Source: a virus (taxonomy: Duplodnaviria; Caudoviricetes). Taken from it: a DNA stretch of 59,531 bases. Made by a program: the position numbers and the translations under genes. The notes under the pieces are model-generated. The model searched no databases. It saw only the letters and a program-made list of their open reading frames with translations, and had not been told where the DNA came from. This document shows, one piece after another, positions 29,456 to 38,881 of this stretch; positions within the stretch are counted from its first letter, which is position 1; each line of letters begins with the position of its first letter. The stretch spans positions 1-59,531 of IMG/VR virus record IMGVR_UViG_3300033148_008638; one strand, written 5' to 3'.

Positions 29456-30433
29456 ATGACAGTAGCAACTAAGAGCCCATTACGTATATCTTTAGGAGGA
29501 GGAGGTACTGATCTCCCATCCTATTATACTAAAAAAGAAGGATTTTGTATATCTGCTGCTATTGATAAATATGTATATATTATCCTGCATGAAGCATTCA
29601 TCCCCAAATGGATACTTAAATACTCACAGGTGGAGATGGTAGAAAATATAAAAGATATAGAGCATCCTATCATACGTGAGTCTCTAAAACTTGTAGGAAG
29701 TAGACCTTATTTAGAAATAGCAAGTATGAGTGATGTTCCTGCAGGTACTGGTCTCGGCTCCTCTGGGAGTTTTACAACTGCGTTACTGTATGCTCTTTAC
29801 TTAAAGCGAGGACATACAGTAACAGAAGAAGAGTTAGCCAAGAGAGCATGCTATATTGAGATTGATAGACTAAAAGACCCAGTTGGTAAACAAGATCAAT
29901 ATATATCTGCCTTTGGTGGTATTAAATGTTTCTCGTTTTTAAAAGATGGTCATGTTATTGTGCAACCGTTGGATATATCACAGGATACATTAGAGAAATT
30001 AAATAATAACCTACTTCTATTTTTTACTGGGCGCAGGGGCTTAGCATCACTTATATTAAAAGACCAGGTTGAAAAGAGTGAATCAAACAATAAAGAAATG
30101 ATAAATAATCTTGATCATATTAAACTTTTGGGAAAATTAATTAAAGAAGCTTTAGAAAATGGAAACCTGAAGACATTTGCAAGTTTGATGGATGAACACT
30201 GGCAACTAAAAAGGAGAAGGTCTAAGGGTATATCAGATACACTAATTGATAATTGGTATGATATAGCTATGAATAATGGTGCTCTCGGAGGAAAGCTCAA
30301 TGGTGCAGGAGGCCGTGGGTTCCTGCTTTTCTATACAGAAGAACATGATAAATTAAGAAAAGCTATGACAGAAGCAGGGCTACAGGAACTGAAGTTCAAA
30401 CTTTCACAGAGGGGTGCAGAGGCTTTGATATGA
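29456..30433 (+). CDS. hddA: D-glycero-alpha-D-manno-heptose-7-phosphate kinase (GHMP family)
   Basis: PLRISLGGGGTD, PAGTGLGSSG, GKQDQY, GGKLNGAGG. Confidence 0.88.
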   Translation: MTVATKSPLRISLGGGGTDLPSYYTKKEGFCISAAIDKYVYIILHEAFIPKWILKYSQVEMVENIKDIEHPIIRESLKLVGSRPYLEIASMSDVPAGTGLGSSGSFTTALLYALYLKRGHTVTEEELAKRACYIEIDRLKDPVGKQDQYISAFGGIKCFSFLKDGHVIVQPLDISQDTLEKLNNNLLLFFTGRRGLASLILKDQVEKSESNNKEMINNLDHIKLLGKLIKEALENGNLKTFASLMDEHWQLKRRRSKGISDTLIDNWYDIAMNNGALGGKLNGAGGRGFLLFYTEEHDKLRKAMTEAGLQELKFKLSQRGAEALI

Positions 30434-31110
30434 AGGCAGGATCAATAAAGATAGCTATATTAGCTGGTGGAAAAGGCACAAGACTAGGGAACCTGACAAG
30501 AGATACCCCAAAGTCTATGGTGGAAGTAGCAGGTAAACCCTTTATCACTCATCAGCTAGAGCTTTTAAGAGAAAAGGGCATTACTGATGTAGTACTTTGT
30601 GTCGGTCATTTAGGTAAACAAATTGAAGAGTTTGTAGGTGATGGCAGCAGATTTGATTTGAATGTGGAATATTCCTATGATAGTAGAGATATAGAATATG
30701 CTTCTGATAAGAGTACTGCTCTAGGTACAGGAGGAGCTTTATATAATGCTCTACCTCTTCTTGGAAATACCTTCTGGGTTATTTATGGAGATTCGTATTT
30801 AGATATAGACTTCTCACCTATCTTGGAGTATTTTAATTATAACCATAATCTTTATGGATATGGTGGGTTGATAACAAAGACTAGTGATAATATTGATTAT
30901 GGTCTGTATGTATATACAAAAGAGATATTTAATATATATTCTGTAATTAGACATCACAAAAAGGAATTTAGTTTGTCTAACCTTAATGCTGTTTGCAGTA
31001 ATACAATATTAAAGTATGAGATTAAAAAAAGATTTTATGAAATTGGATCACTCCAAGGGTTAAAGGAGACTGAAGAATTTATTAGGAGCAAGAAAAATGA
31101 ACAAAATTGA
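30430..31110 (+). CDS. hddC: heptose-1-phosphate guanylyltransferase-like nucleotidyltransferase
   Basis: ILAGGKGTRL, PKSM, LGTGGAL, YGDSY; operon context. Confidence 0.75.
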   Translation: MKAGSIKIAILAGGKGTRLGNLTRDTPKSMVEVAGKPFITHQLELLREKGITDVVLCVGHLGKQIEEFVGDGSRFDLNVEYSYDSRDIEYASDKSTALGTGGALYNALPLLGNTFWVIYGDSYLDIDFSPILEYFNYNHNLYGYGGLITKTSDNIDYGLYVYTKEIFNIYSVIRHHKKEFSLSNLNAVCSNTILKYEIKKRFYEIGSLQGLKETEEFIRSKKNEQN

Positions 31111-31738
31111 AGATGGGGGCAACCATATGAAGCACTCTAATGAATACCTTACAGAAGCAATGAGTATTTTGACTGAGCTTAAAGCATCTGATATTGAAAA
31201 AATGGTAGATGAAATATCTAATATAAAAAGGGGCAATGGAAGATTATTTTGCTTAGGTGTTGGTGGAAATGCCAGCACTGCATCTCATGCTGTGAATGAT
31301 TTCAGAAAGATTTGTAATATAGAGTCCTACTGCCCTACAGATAATGTAACAGAACTTACTGCAATTACTAATGACCGTGGATGGAAATACTCTTTTAGAG
31401 ATTGGCTCATTGGGAGTAAACTCTCTTCAAAAGATGGTGTCTTTGTATTTTCTGTTGGGGGTGGGGACGCACTAAAAGGTATCAGTTCAAATATAGTTTT
31501 TGCATTACGATATACGCTGAGTGTTGGTGCTAAAATACTAGGTATAGTCGGAAGGGACGGGGGATATACAGCTAAAGTAGCAGATGCATGTATAATCATT
31601 CCAGTTGATAACAAAGAGGGAATAACTCCCCATACTGAATCATTCCAGGTGTTGCTGCTACATCTTATAGTTTCCCATCCTAGACTAAAAGAAATACAAA
31701 TGACATGGGAGTATGTAGATGGAGTAAAAGATGAATGA
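31097..31738 (+). CDS. gmhA: phosphoheptose isomerase (SIS domain)
   Basis: GVGGNASTASHAVND, TAITND, SVGG, TESFQ. Confidence 0.85.
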   Translation: MNKIEDGGNHMKHSNEYLTEAMSILTELKASDIEKMVDEISNIKRGNGRLFCLGVGGNASTASHAVNDFRKICNIESYCPTDNVTELTAITNDRGWKYSFRDWLIGSKLSSKDGVFVFSVGGGDALKGISSNIVFALRYTLSVGAKILGIVGRDGGYTAKVADACIIIPVDNKEGITPHTESFQVLLLHLIVSHPRLKEIQMTWEYVDGVKDE

Positions 31739-32552
31739 AGAAACTGAACAAATATTAATAGGTAGTCTCTTGGGAGACGGGTATTTATTTTTTGCAGATA
31801 GAAGTAAGAATGCATCTTTTAGAGAAGATCATAGTCTTAAGCAAAAAGATTATCTTTTATGGAAAAGAAACTTTTTAGAAGATTTTGATCCAATAATGAA
31901 GACTCGTGAAAGATTTGATAGTAGAACAAATAGACATTATTATCAGGTAGGCTTACGAACTAAAGTGCATCCTTTATTAACTGAGTATTATAGATTGTTC
32001 TACCCAAATGGTAAGAAAGTCTTGACTAATAAAATAATAATGGATAAAATTAAACCATTAGCTCTTGCTGTGTGGTATTGTGATGATGGTTGTTTTAATT
32101 ATACATATTGGGACGGAACAATTGCTACTTGTATATCTTATGATGATAATGCTTTTTTATCAGAGGAGCTAGAGAAGAAGTTTGGTATTAAATGTGCAAT
32201 ACATAGAAGTGGGAAAAACTATCAGTTATACCTTGGTGTAAAAGAAATTGATAAATTTTTGGGTTTAATTAAAGACTATGTACCTAAATGTATGTCATAT
32301 AAATTGGGGCTGCTTGTCGAAGAAAATATTGAAAAGTTAGAAGAAAGAAGGGCAATAAAAAGAGAAAAAGACAGAATTAGCTATAAAAAAAGAATGAGCG
32401 ATCCAGAAAAACGTAAATTATTTTATATCCAACATAAAAAAGCTTTGCAGAAAAGATTACAGAATCCAGAATATAAGAAAAGATATAATGAATATCAGAA
32501 ATTACAAAAAAGGAAGCAGCATGAAAGAAAAAAACAGAGCAATCTTTCTTGA
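31731..32552 (+). CDS. free-standing LAGLIDADG homing endonuclease
   Basis: QILIGSLLGDG, HSLKQKDYL, LAVWYCDDG, MSYKL; no intron core nearby. Confidence 0.88.
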   Translation: MNEETEQILIGSLLGDGYLFFADRSKNASFREDHSLKQKDYLLWKRNFLEDFDPIMKTRERFDSRTNRHYYQVGLRTKVHPLLTEYYRLFYPNGKKVLTNKIIMDKIKPLALAVWYCDDGCFNYTYWDGTIATCISYDDNAFLSEELEKKFGIKCAIHRSGKNYQLYLGVKEIDKFLGLIKDYVPKCMSYKLGLLVEENIEKLEERRAIKREKDRISYKKRMSDPEKRKLFYIQHKKALQKRLQNPEYKKRYNEYQKLQKRKQHERKKQSNLS

Positions 32553-33060
32553 TCGAGATGGCACACTCAATGAGATAATTTATAGAAATGGTAAACCAGA
32601 ATCTCCAAGATATTTTAGTGAATTCAAATTTATTGATGGAATATATAATGTAATATTTACTTTTAAATCTATTGGATACTATATTATTATAGCTACAAAT
32701 CAACCTGATATTGCAAGGAATAAGCTTACAATGTTAGAACTAGGTCGAATGCATTCTTATATTAATGAGAAGTTACCTATAGATGATATATTGGTGTGTC
32801 CACATGATGATAAAGATAATTGTAGTTGTAGGAAACCAAAGCCTGGAATGCTGCTAGACGCTGCTAAGAAGTATAATCTTGATCTTAGCAGATCTTTTAT
32901 GATAGGTGATAGCTTAAAAGATATGGGAGCAGCTAAAAATGCAGGGTGCAAAGGAATATTAATAGATGCTCCTTATAATAAGGATGTTCCTTGTTGGAAG
33001 AGGGTTATGGACATAAAGGAAGCGATTGACACAATTATAGATGAAAGGAGTGTAGCGTGA
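32521..33060 (+). CDS. gmhB: D,D-heptose 1,7-bisphosphate phosphatase (HAD)
   Basis: FLDRDGTLN, TNQPD, CPH...CSCRKPKPGM, MIGD. Confidence 0.9.
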   Translation: MKEKNRAIFLDRDGTLNEIIYRNGKPESPRYFSEFKFIDGIYNVIFTFKSIGYYIIIATNQPDIARNKLTMLELGRMHSYINEKLPIDDILVCPHDDKDNCSCRKPKPGMLLDAAKKYNLDLSRSFMIGDSLKDMGAAKNAGCKGILIDAPYNKDVPCWKRVMDIKEAIDTIIDERSVA

Positions 33061-33719
33061 TGATTTTCTTAGACAGTGGGAATATTGATGATGTACTCAA
33101 GTATATGGATATGGGAATTATTAGAGGTGTAACATCTAACCCTACAATTTTAAAGAGAGATGGTGTTAGTAGCAGTAAGATTAAGGATAGAATGATAAGT
33201 ATAGCAGATTTAATTGCTCCTTATCCCTTATCTGTTGAGGTTACTTCTAATGAAGAATCAGTTATGCTAGCGCAGGCTAGAGATATAGCTAGTTGGGCAA
33301 ATAATATAAATATAAAAATACCAATACATGGTCCTAAGGGTGAAAGTAATTTAGGTGTTGTAAAACAATTGAGTTCTGAAGGTATAGATATAAATGTAAC
33401 AGCTATGATGAATGCCCAACAGTGTTTGTTAGCAGCTATGGTGGGGGCTAAGTATGTATCATTGTTTGGCGGACGTGTTAATGATATAGGGTACAATTGT
33501 ATAAAAGAAATAAGAAAGATAAGATGTCTTATTGATAAGTTTAATCTAGAAAGTAAAATCATTATGGGTTCTGTACGAGAGCCTCTTAATGTTGTAGAGT
33601 GGTTGGTTTCTGGAGCTGATATTGTAACAGCCCCTCCTAATATACTAGGTAAAATGATTGTGCATCCATATACAGCATCAACTGTAAAGCAATTTTTGAC
33701 AGACAGCGGGGGGAAGTGA
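33057..33719 (+). CDS. tal: transaldolase (TalC/Fsa family)
   Basis: IFLDS, GVTSNPT, IKIP (Schiff-base Lys), NVT, YVSLFGGR, HPYT. Confidence 0.88.
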   Translation: MMIFLDSGNIDDVLKYMDMGIIRGVTSNPTILKRDGVSSSKIKDRMISIADLIAPYPLSVEVTSNEESVMLAQARDIASWANNINIKIPIHGPKGESNLGVVKQLSSEGIDINVTAMMNAQQCLLAAMVGAKYVSLFGGRVNDIGYNCIKEIRKIRCLIDKFNLESKIIMGSVREPLNVVEWLVSGADIVTAPPNILGKMIVHPYTASTVKQFLTDSGGK

Positions 33720-33720
33720 G

Positions 33721-34359
33721 ATGAAGAAATTAGTTAATTTTCCGTCTAAGGTTAAAATAGGTGGGCATTTATATGAGGTAGTTTATCCATATACTTTTAA
33801 AGAAGAGAGTGATGCAGTAGCTCAGTGTAATTATCATCAATGTAAAATTAGGGTACAAGATACTGAAGGAGAGAGGAAACGTGATGCATCAAAATTGGTG
33901 TCTTCATTTTTACATGAATTGCTACATATTATTGATCATGTATACAACCACGATAAAATAAATGATTTAGAGGATGGGGAGGATATTATAATAAGATTAA
34001 CTTCTGGATGGTTTCAAGTACTAACGGATAATGATTTGTTTTTAGATAAACCAAACAAAATGCCTAAAGCTATTAAGATTGGTGGATTTAAATATAAAGT
34101 AATATATCCATTTGATTTTGAAGAAGGAGAGGATGCTTCCGCTTTAATTATACATGGTCCTTTAGAGTTTTTTATTGGATCATCATATAAAGAGAGCGAT
34201 TCATCTATTAAATGTAAGCTTATAGGTTTAATATTAAGGATTATAGATATTCAATATAGAATAAATAAAGAGGATGAGGATATATTACAAAACATGGTAG
34301 AGGGAATATATCAGGTATTTAAGGATAACAATATACCAAAGATTGTGAGGAGAAGATAA
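33721..34359 (+). CDS. duplicated-domain HExxH metallopeptidase-like protein
   Basis: Two repeats P.K.KIGG..Y.V.YP; HELLH only in the first. Confidence 0.55.
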   Translation: MKKLVNFPSKVKIGGHLYEVVYPYTFKEESDAVAQCNYHQCKIRVQDTEGERKRDASKLVSSFLHELLHIIDHVYNHDKINDLEDGEDIIIRLTSGWFQVLTDNDLFLDKPNKMPKAIKIGGFKYKVIYPFDFEEGEDASALIIHGPLEFFIGSSYKESDSSIKCKLIGLILRIIDIQYRINKEDEDILQNMVEGIYQVFKDNNIPKIVRRR

Positions 34360-34522
34360 ATGGAGGAAGAATACAATGGGAATACAATATCAGAACTTGG
34401 AGAGAGCCTTTCCAATAGGACAGAATATGAGCTGTATATAGACCAAAAGTTTGCAAATATACTAACTAGGTTAAAAGTATTAGAGGACAAGGTTGAGAAT
34501 GTAGAAAAGGAGTTGGGGATGA

Positions 34523-34837
34523 ATGGTGAAAAAGAATTGGGATGATATGACAGAAAAAGAGAGGGAAGATTACGTTAGTCAGGATGAAGTACCACGAAAA
34601 AGACAAGAAATATTATCTAAGGATATAGATAAATATAATGATGAAGATTTTAGCCCTTGGCCTGATCTAGTTATAATAGATACTCCATCCCGCAGGAAAA
34701 GTGTTATTATAGGATTGTGGAAAGATGGAAAATCAAAAAGTGAAATATCCCGACAAGTAGGTTGTAGTAGGCGATATGTTAGAGATGTAATCAAAAAATA
34801 TGAGGGGATGGCGTTAAATAACACAAAAAATACTTAA
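34523..34837 (+). CDS. HTH DNA-binding protein
   Basis: GKSKSEISRQVGCSRRYVRDVI. Confidence 0.65.
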   Translation: MVKKNWDDMTEKEREDYVSQDEVPRKRQEILSKDIDKYNDEDFSPWPDLVIIDTPSRRKSVIIGLWKDGKSKSEISRQVGCSRRYVRDVIKKYEGMALNNTKNT

Positions 34838-34951
34838 TTATCAATAAGTTAAGTAACTCAAAAGTTATATATAAAAGAAGAACTATGCTCTAATAAAATA
34901 AGTATCTCTTTTTACCCACCTCAATAGTTATATCTAGGAGTACTCTTATAA

Positions 34952-35428
34952 ATGCCTGCAGGAAATATATCAGCTGTCGAACGAATCCATCGTATATCAA
35001 AAGTAAAAGAACTTCATGATGAGGGGAAAAGTATACAGCAAATTGCTGATGCTACTGGCATGTCTCTTACTACTGTAAAGAGAAATCTTAGATATGCAAA
35101 GGAGATAGGTGTTGGAGACATAGAGCCAGCAGATATAAATAAAAAAAGGGCTGAGATGGAGGTAGAGATACTCTCTGCTATTGATGAAGCTCATTCTATG
35201 TTTGATAAATATAGAAAGGACGATAAGAAGTGGACAGCAGCCAAAGCTTGGCATCTACGATGGACAGAAAGCCTGCATTTGTGGATGAAGCTTTTTGGGC
35301 TCGATAGTGTTAAGGTTGAATCTTTTAATCTTATTAATAACCAACACAATAATTACATTGAACCTGAGCATGGTTTGAGTCAGGAGGTAATATCAAAGAT
35401 TGCTGATGCCATAGAATCAGAAGCGTAA
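34952..35428 (+). CDS. terS: terminase small subunit (putative)
   Basis: N-terminal HTH (SIQQIADATGMSLTTV) directly upstream of terL. Confidence 0.65.
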   Translation: MPAGNISAVERIHRISKVKELHDEGKSIQQIADATGMSLTTVKRNLRYAKEIGVGDIEPADINKKRAEMEVEILSAIDEAHSMFDKYRKDDKKWTAAKAWHLRWTESLHLWMKLFGLDSVKVESFNLINNQHNNYIEPEHGLSQEVISKIADAIESEA

Positions 35429-35472
35429 TAACCAACAGTGAGTTTAAATTAGAATAAGGAACTATAGGGTCC

Positions 35473-37320
35473 GTGGCTCTTGGAGATATGAAAGACATAA
35501 AAAAAGAAAGGGAGAAAGCAACAGAAAAATTTAAGGGTAAACTTCCACAATATCTCATAGATTTTTTTGATGAGAAAGAACTAGAACAAATAAGAAAAGA
35601 AAAAGAAAAGCTAGAAGAAAGTGCTATAACCGAACAAGAAGATGAAGACTTTTGGAAAAATAATAAGACAGAGATTATAAAAAAACAAAGAACAAATCCA
35701 AAGAAATTTGCACCAAGATATGAAGAACCCCCAAGAGCCAAGGAACGAATTGAGGAAGAAAAGAAAAATCCAATAGACCCAAAATATGTTATTGCTGCAG
35801 GTAAAACCAGATTACTTGCTTTCGCTAAATATTACTTTCCACATTATCTAAAGAAAAAATCTAGTGAATTCCATAAATTCCTATATAAAATTCTATCAGA
35901 AGATATTAACACTGGAGCAAGGTGGGCTATAGCAGCTCCCCGGGGCAACGCAAAAAGCGCACTAGTATCCGCAATTTTTCCTTTATGGTGTATTTGTTAT
36001 AATAAAAAAAAGTTTATAATATTACTTTCTGATACTGCTGGACAGGCTGAGGACTTTCTAACTGATATTAAAAGAGAGCTTGAATATAATGAACTTCTCC
36101 GAAGAGACTTTCCTCATGCATGCGGAAAAGGTGATACCTGGCGATCAGACGAAATAATCACTAACAACAATATAAAGATAAAAGCATTAGGCTCTGGGAA
36201 TAAGATCAGAGGTAGGAGATTTGGTATACATAGACCAGATCTCATAGTTTGTGATGATACAGAAGATGCAGAGATGGTACGTAGTGATGTACAACGTACC
36301 TTTATACGTGATGAGTGGTTTAATAAAGATGTTCTTTATGTTGGTGGAGAAGAAGGAGCATCAACCGACTTCTTTTTTGTAGGAACTATTCTTGGGAAAC
36401 ATGCTCTCCTGAATGCGCTTCTTAATCCTTCAGAGTACCCAGATTGGAAAAGTAAAAAGTTTAAAGCTGTAATTAAATTTTCTGATTCCCCACTTTGGGA
36501 TGAGTGGGAGCGACTGTATAAAAACCACTTTGATTTAAATAGAGAAAAGACAGCTAGGAAGTTCTTTGAGGATCATAAAGAAGAAATGTTAGAGGGTACA
36601 GAAGTTCTTTGGCCCGAAGGTGATCCTTATTATAATTTGATGGTGGACAAACTAAGAGACCCTAGAGGTTTTGTAAGTGAAAAACAGAATGAAGCTGTAG
36701 ACCTAACAAGGGTATATGTAGAAAAGAGAGATTTGCACTGGGAGGATTTTAATAATCCACAGATTAAGGCAGCTCTGAATCGGGCTTCTAGTTATTATTA
36801 CGGTGCTCTTGATCCATCTCTTGGTAAGAAACGAAAAAGAGGGGATGACAGTGCTATTGTAGTATTGGCTAGAGACCCTAAGACTGGATTAATATTCGTG
36901 ATAGAGATGGATGCTATGTTACGATCTGTTGATAAACAAATTGATGATATATTAGATCGACATGAAAAGTATCATTTTAAGAAGTTTGGAGTAGAAACTG
37001 TAGCATTCCAAGTTATGGTTGCAGATGCCTTAAGAAAAAAGTCTAGAGAGTCTGGGGTTTATGTTCCAATACAGGAACTTCCTACCAATAAGGATAAGAA
37101 ACTGAGATTTGAAGCTGTAGTTCCATTTCTTATTGATGGGACATTTATCTTTGATAAAAAGAAATATGAAACAGATCAGCTATATCGTAAGGGTGTAACA
37201 CAAATCTGTGAATTCACAGGTGAGGATGATATTCGGGATGATATTGTCGATGCTCTTGGATATGCTTTTCTGTTGGCTAAAAAACCACGCTTTAAAATGT
37301 TAACTAGTCAAAATAGGTAA
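35473..37320 (+). CDS. terL: terminase large subunit
   Basis: Walker A APRGNAKS, IRGRR, Walker B LIVCDD, VGT, nuclease DPSLG and DDIVDA. Confidence 0.93.
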   Translation: MALGDMKDIKKEREKATEKFKGKLPQYLIDFFDEKELEQIRKEKEKLEESAITEQEDEDFWKNNKTEIIKKQRTNPKKFAPRYEEPPRAKERIEEEKKNPIDPKYVIAAGKTRLLAFAKYYFPHYLKKKSSEFHKFLYKILSEDINTGARWAIAAPRGNAKSALVSAIFPLWCICYNKKKFIILLSDTAGQAEDFLTDIKRELEYNELLRRDFPHACGKGDTWRSDEIITNNNIKIKALGSGNKIRGRRFGIHRPDLIVCDDTEDAEMVRSDVQRTFIRDEWFNKDVLYVGGEEGASTDFFFVGTILGKHALLNALLNPSEYPDWKSKKFKAVIKFSDSPLWDEWERLYKNHFDLNREKTARKFFEDHKEEMLEGTEVLWPEGDPYYNLMVDKLRDPRGFVSEKQNEAVDLTRVYVEKRDLHWEDFNNPQIKAALNRASSYYYGALDPSLGKKRKRGDDSAIVVLARDPKTGLIFVIEMDAMLRSVDKQIDDILDRHEKYHFKKFGVETVAFQVMVADALRKKSRESGVYVPIQELPTNKDKKLRFEAVVPFLIDGTFIFDKKKYETDQLYRKGVTQICEFTGEDDIRDDIVDALGYAFLLAKKPRFKMLTSQNR

Positions 37321-37338
37321 TTGAAGGAGTCAGTTCTT

Positions 37339-38880
37339 GTGGCGAAAGAAAAAATAATATTGGCAGATCGTGTTCACCCGCTCTATAGAGAAAATGCAGA
37401 TTTGTGGCAGTTGTATCTAAATGCTGTTAAGGGTGGCGCAAATTTTGCTAACAGCGATAATTTATTCTCTCACAGATTAGAGTCTAGCGATGACTATACT
37501 GAGAGAGAAGATAGAGTTTATTATTTGAATTATTGTGAAACTGTACCAACATTGTATAACACATATATCTTTAAGGAAAATGTTGGACGGGCTCCAGACC
37601 CAAATCTCGATTTCTTTAGAAGGAATACAGATGGGAGGGGTACACCAATATCTGATTTTGTAGCTAAAGCTGGATTCTTTTCGAGTGTATTTGGTACAAT
37701 GCACGCTTTAGTAGATATGCCTCCTACAAATATAAAAAGAGGAAAAGCAACTAAAAGAGATGTAACAAGAGCAGGACTACAACCATACTGTACTCTTATA
37801 TATCCCAGTCAATTAAAAGACTGGTCTTTTGACAGATGGGGCAATTTGCTGTGGGTCGTCATAGAAAGTATTTATTATAGAGATCAAGATCCATCAGTAG
37901 AACGTGAAGAAGAAACACACTACAAACTCATTACAAGAGATGAGTGGAGAATAGAAGATGAGGATGGATTACCTGTTAAATTTGAGGATGGTTCTTCAAA
38001 TAAAGGTCCAAACCCATTAGGTATAATCCCACTTGCAACTATATATCACAAAGATATAGAAGATGACAAAGTTGGTGAGTCATTACTCAAAGATATTGTA
38101 TATATTAATAGAGCTATCCTAAATTGGTGCTCTTGCATGGATGAACAAATTGAAAGACAAACATTCTCTCAACTGGTTGTCCCAGATAACGGTTCATTAG
38201 CTGAAGAAAGCGAGAGCGGTGATGATCCTCTTCATAGAATAGGAACTTCTTCTGTGTGGACATTCCCCGCTGATGCTGGACAACCTCCACAATTTATCTC
38301 ACCTAATGTTGAAAATATTAATGCAATTTGGAAATTGGTCACAGATCATATAAAAGAGATTTATAGATTAGCAGGACTTATAGGATCATCTGATGATATG
38401 TATGCATCAAGGTCTGGTCGTGCTGCTCAAATGGGCTTCCTTGGTGTTAATGCCGCTCTTGCCGATAAAGCCAAAAAGTATCAGAAGTTTGAGAATGATA
38501 TTAGTAAACTTGCCTATATGCAGCTTGGTAAGTCAATTGACGAGTATCAGGAAGTTAGATATGCTGATTCTTTTGATGTTTCATCTCTTGGAGAAGAAAT
38601 TGATGCTACATTTAAACTCATGGGTGAAAACTTCTCTTCTACTTTAAATAAAACAATAATGAAGAATCTTGCTAGACGGGCAATCCCCTTAGCTTCTACA
38701 GAAGTAAGAAAGACAGTAGAAAATGAGATAGACTCTGGAGATGGTTTAGTTAAAAATACAACAGAGAATAAGCAGCCTTCCAAAGAAGATGGTAATCCTA
38801 ACTCTAATTTAGGTAAGACTTTTAAAACAAAAGAAGAGCTTGAGGAAGAAGAAATAGATAAAAAGAAAAAGGAGAAGTAA
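37339..38880 (+). CDS. portal protein
   Basis: Follows terL; ~513 aa; YYLNY, NPLGIIP, SRSGRA; GTG start after AAGGAG. Confidence 0.85.
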   Translation: MAKEKIILADRVHPLYRENADLWQLYLNAVKGGANFANSDNLFSHRLESSDDYTEREDRVYYLNYCETVPTLYNTYIFKENVGRAPDPNLDFFRRNTDGRGTPISDFVAKAGFFSSVFGTMHALVDMPPTNIKRGKATKRDVTRAGLQPYCTLIYPSQLKDWSFDRWGNLLWVVIESIYYRDQDPSVEREEETHYKLITRDEWRIEDEDGLPVKFEDGSSNKGPNPLGIIPLATIYHKDIEDDKVGESLLKDIVYINRAILNWCSCMDEQIERQTFSQLVVPDNGSLAEESESGDDPLHRIGTSSVWTFPADAGQPPQFISPNVENINAIWKLVTDHIKEIYRLAGLIGSSDDMYASRSGRAAQMGFLGVNAALADKAKKYQKFENDISKLAYMQLGKSIDEYQEVRYADSFDVSSLGEEIDATFKLMGENFSSTLNKTIMKNLARRAIPLASTEVRKTVENEIDSGDGLVKNTTENKQPSKEDGNPNSNLGKTFKTKEELEEEEIDKKKKEK

Positions 38881-38881
38881 G

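Noticed and set aside
1169-37320. Inteins in PolA, primase-helicase or terminase
   Set aside because: Lengths are normal and no C...HN-(C/S/T) splice motifs or embedded endonuclease domains were seen
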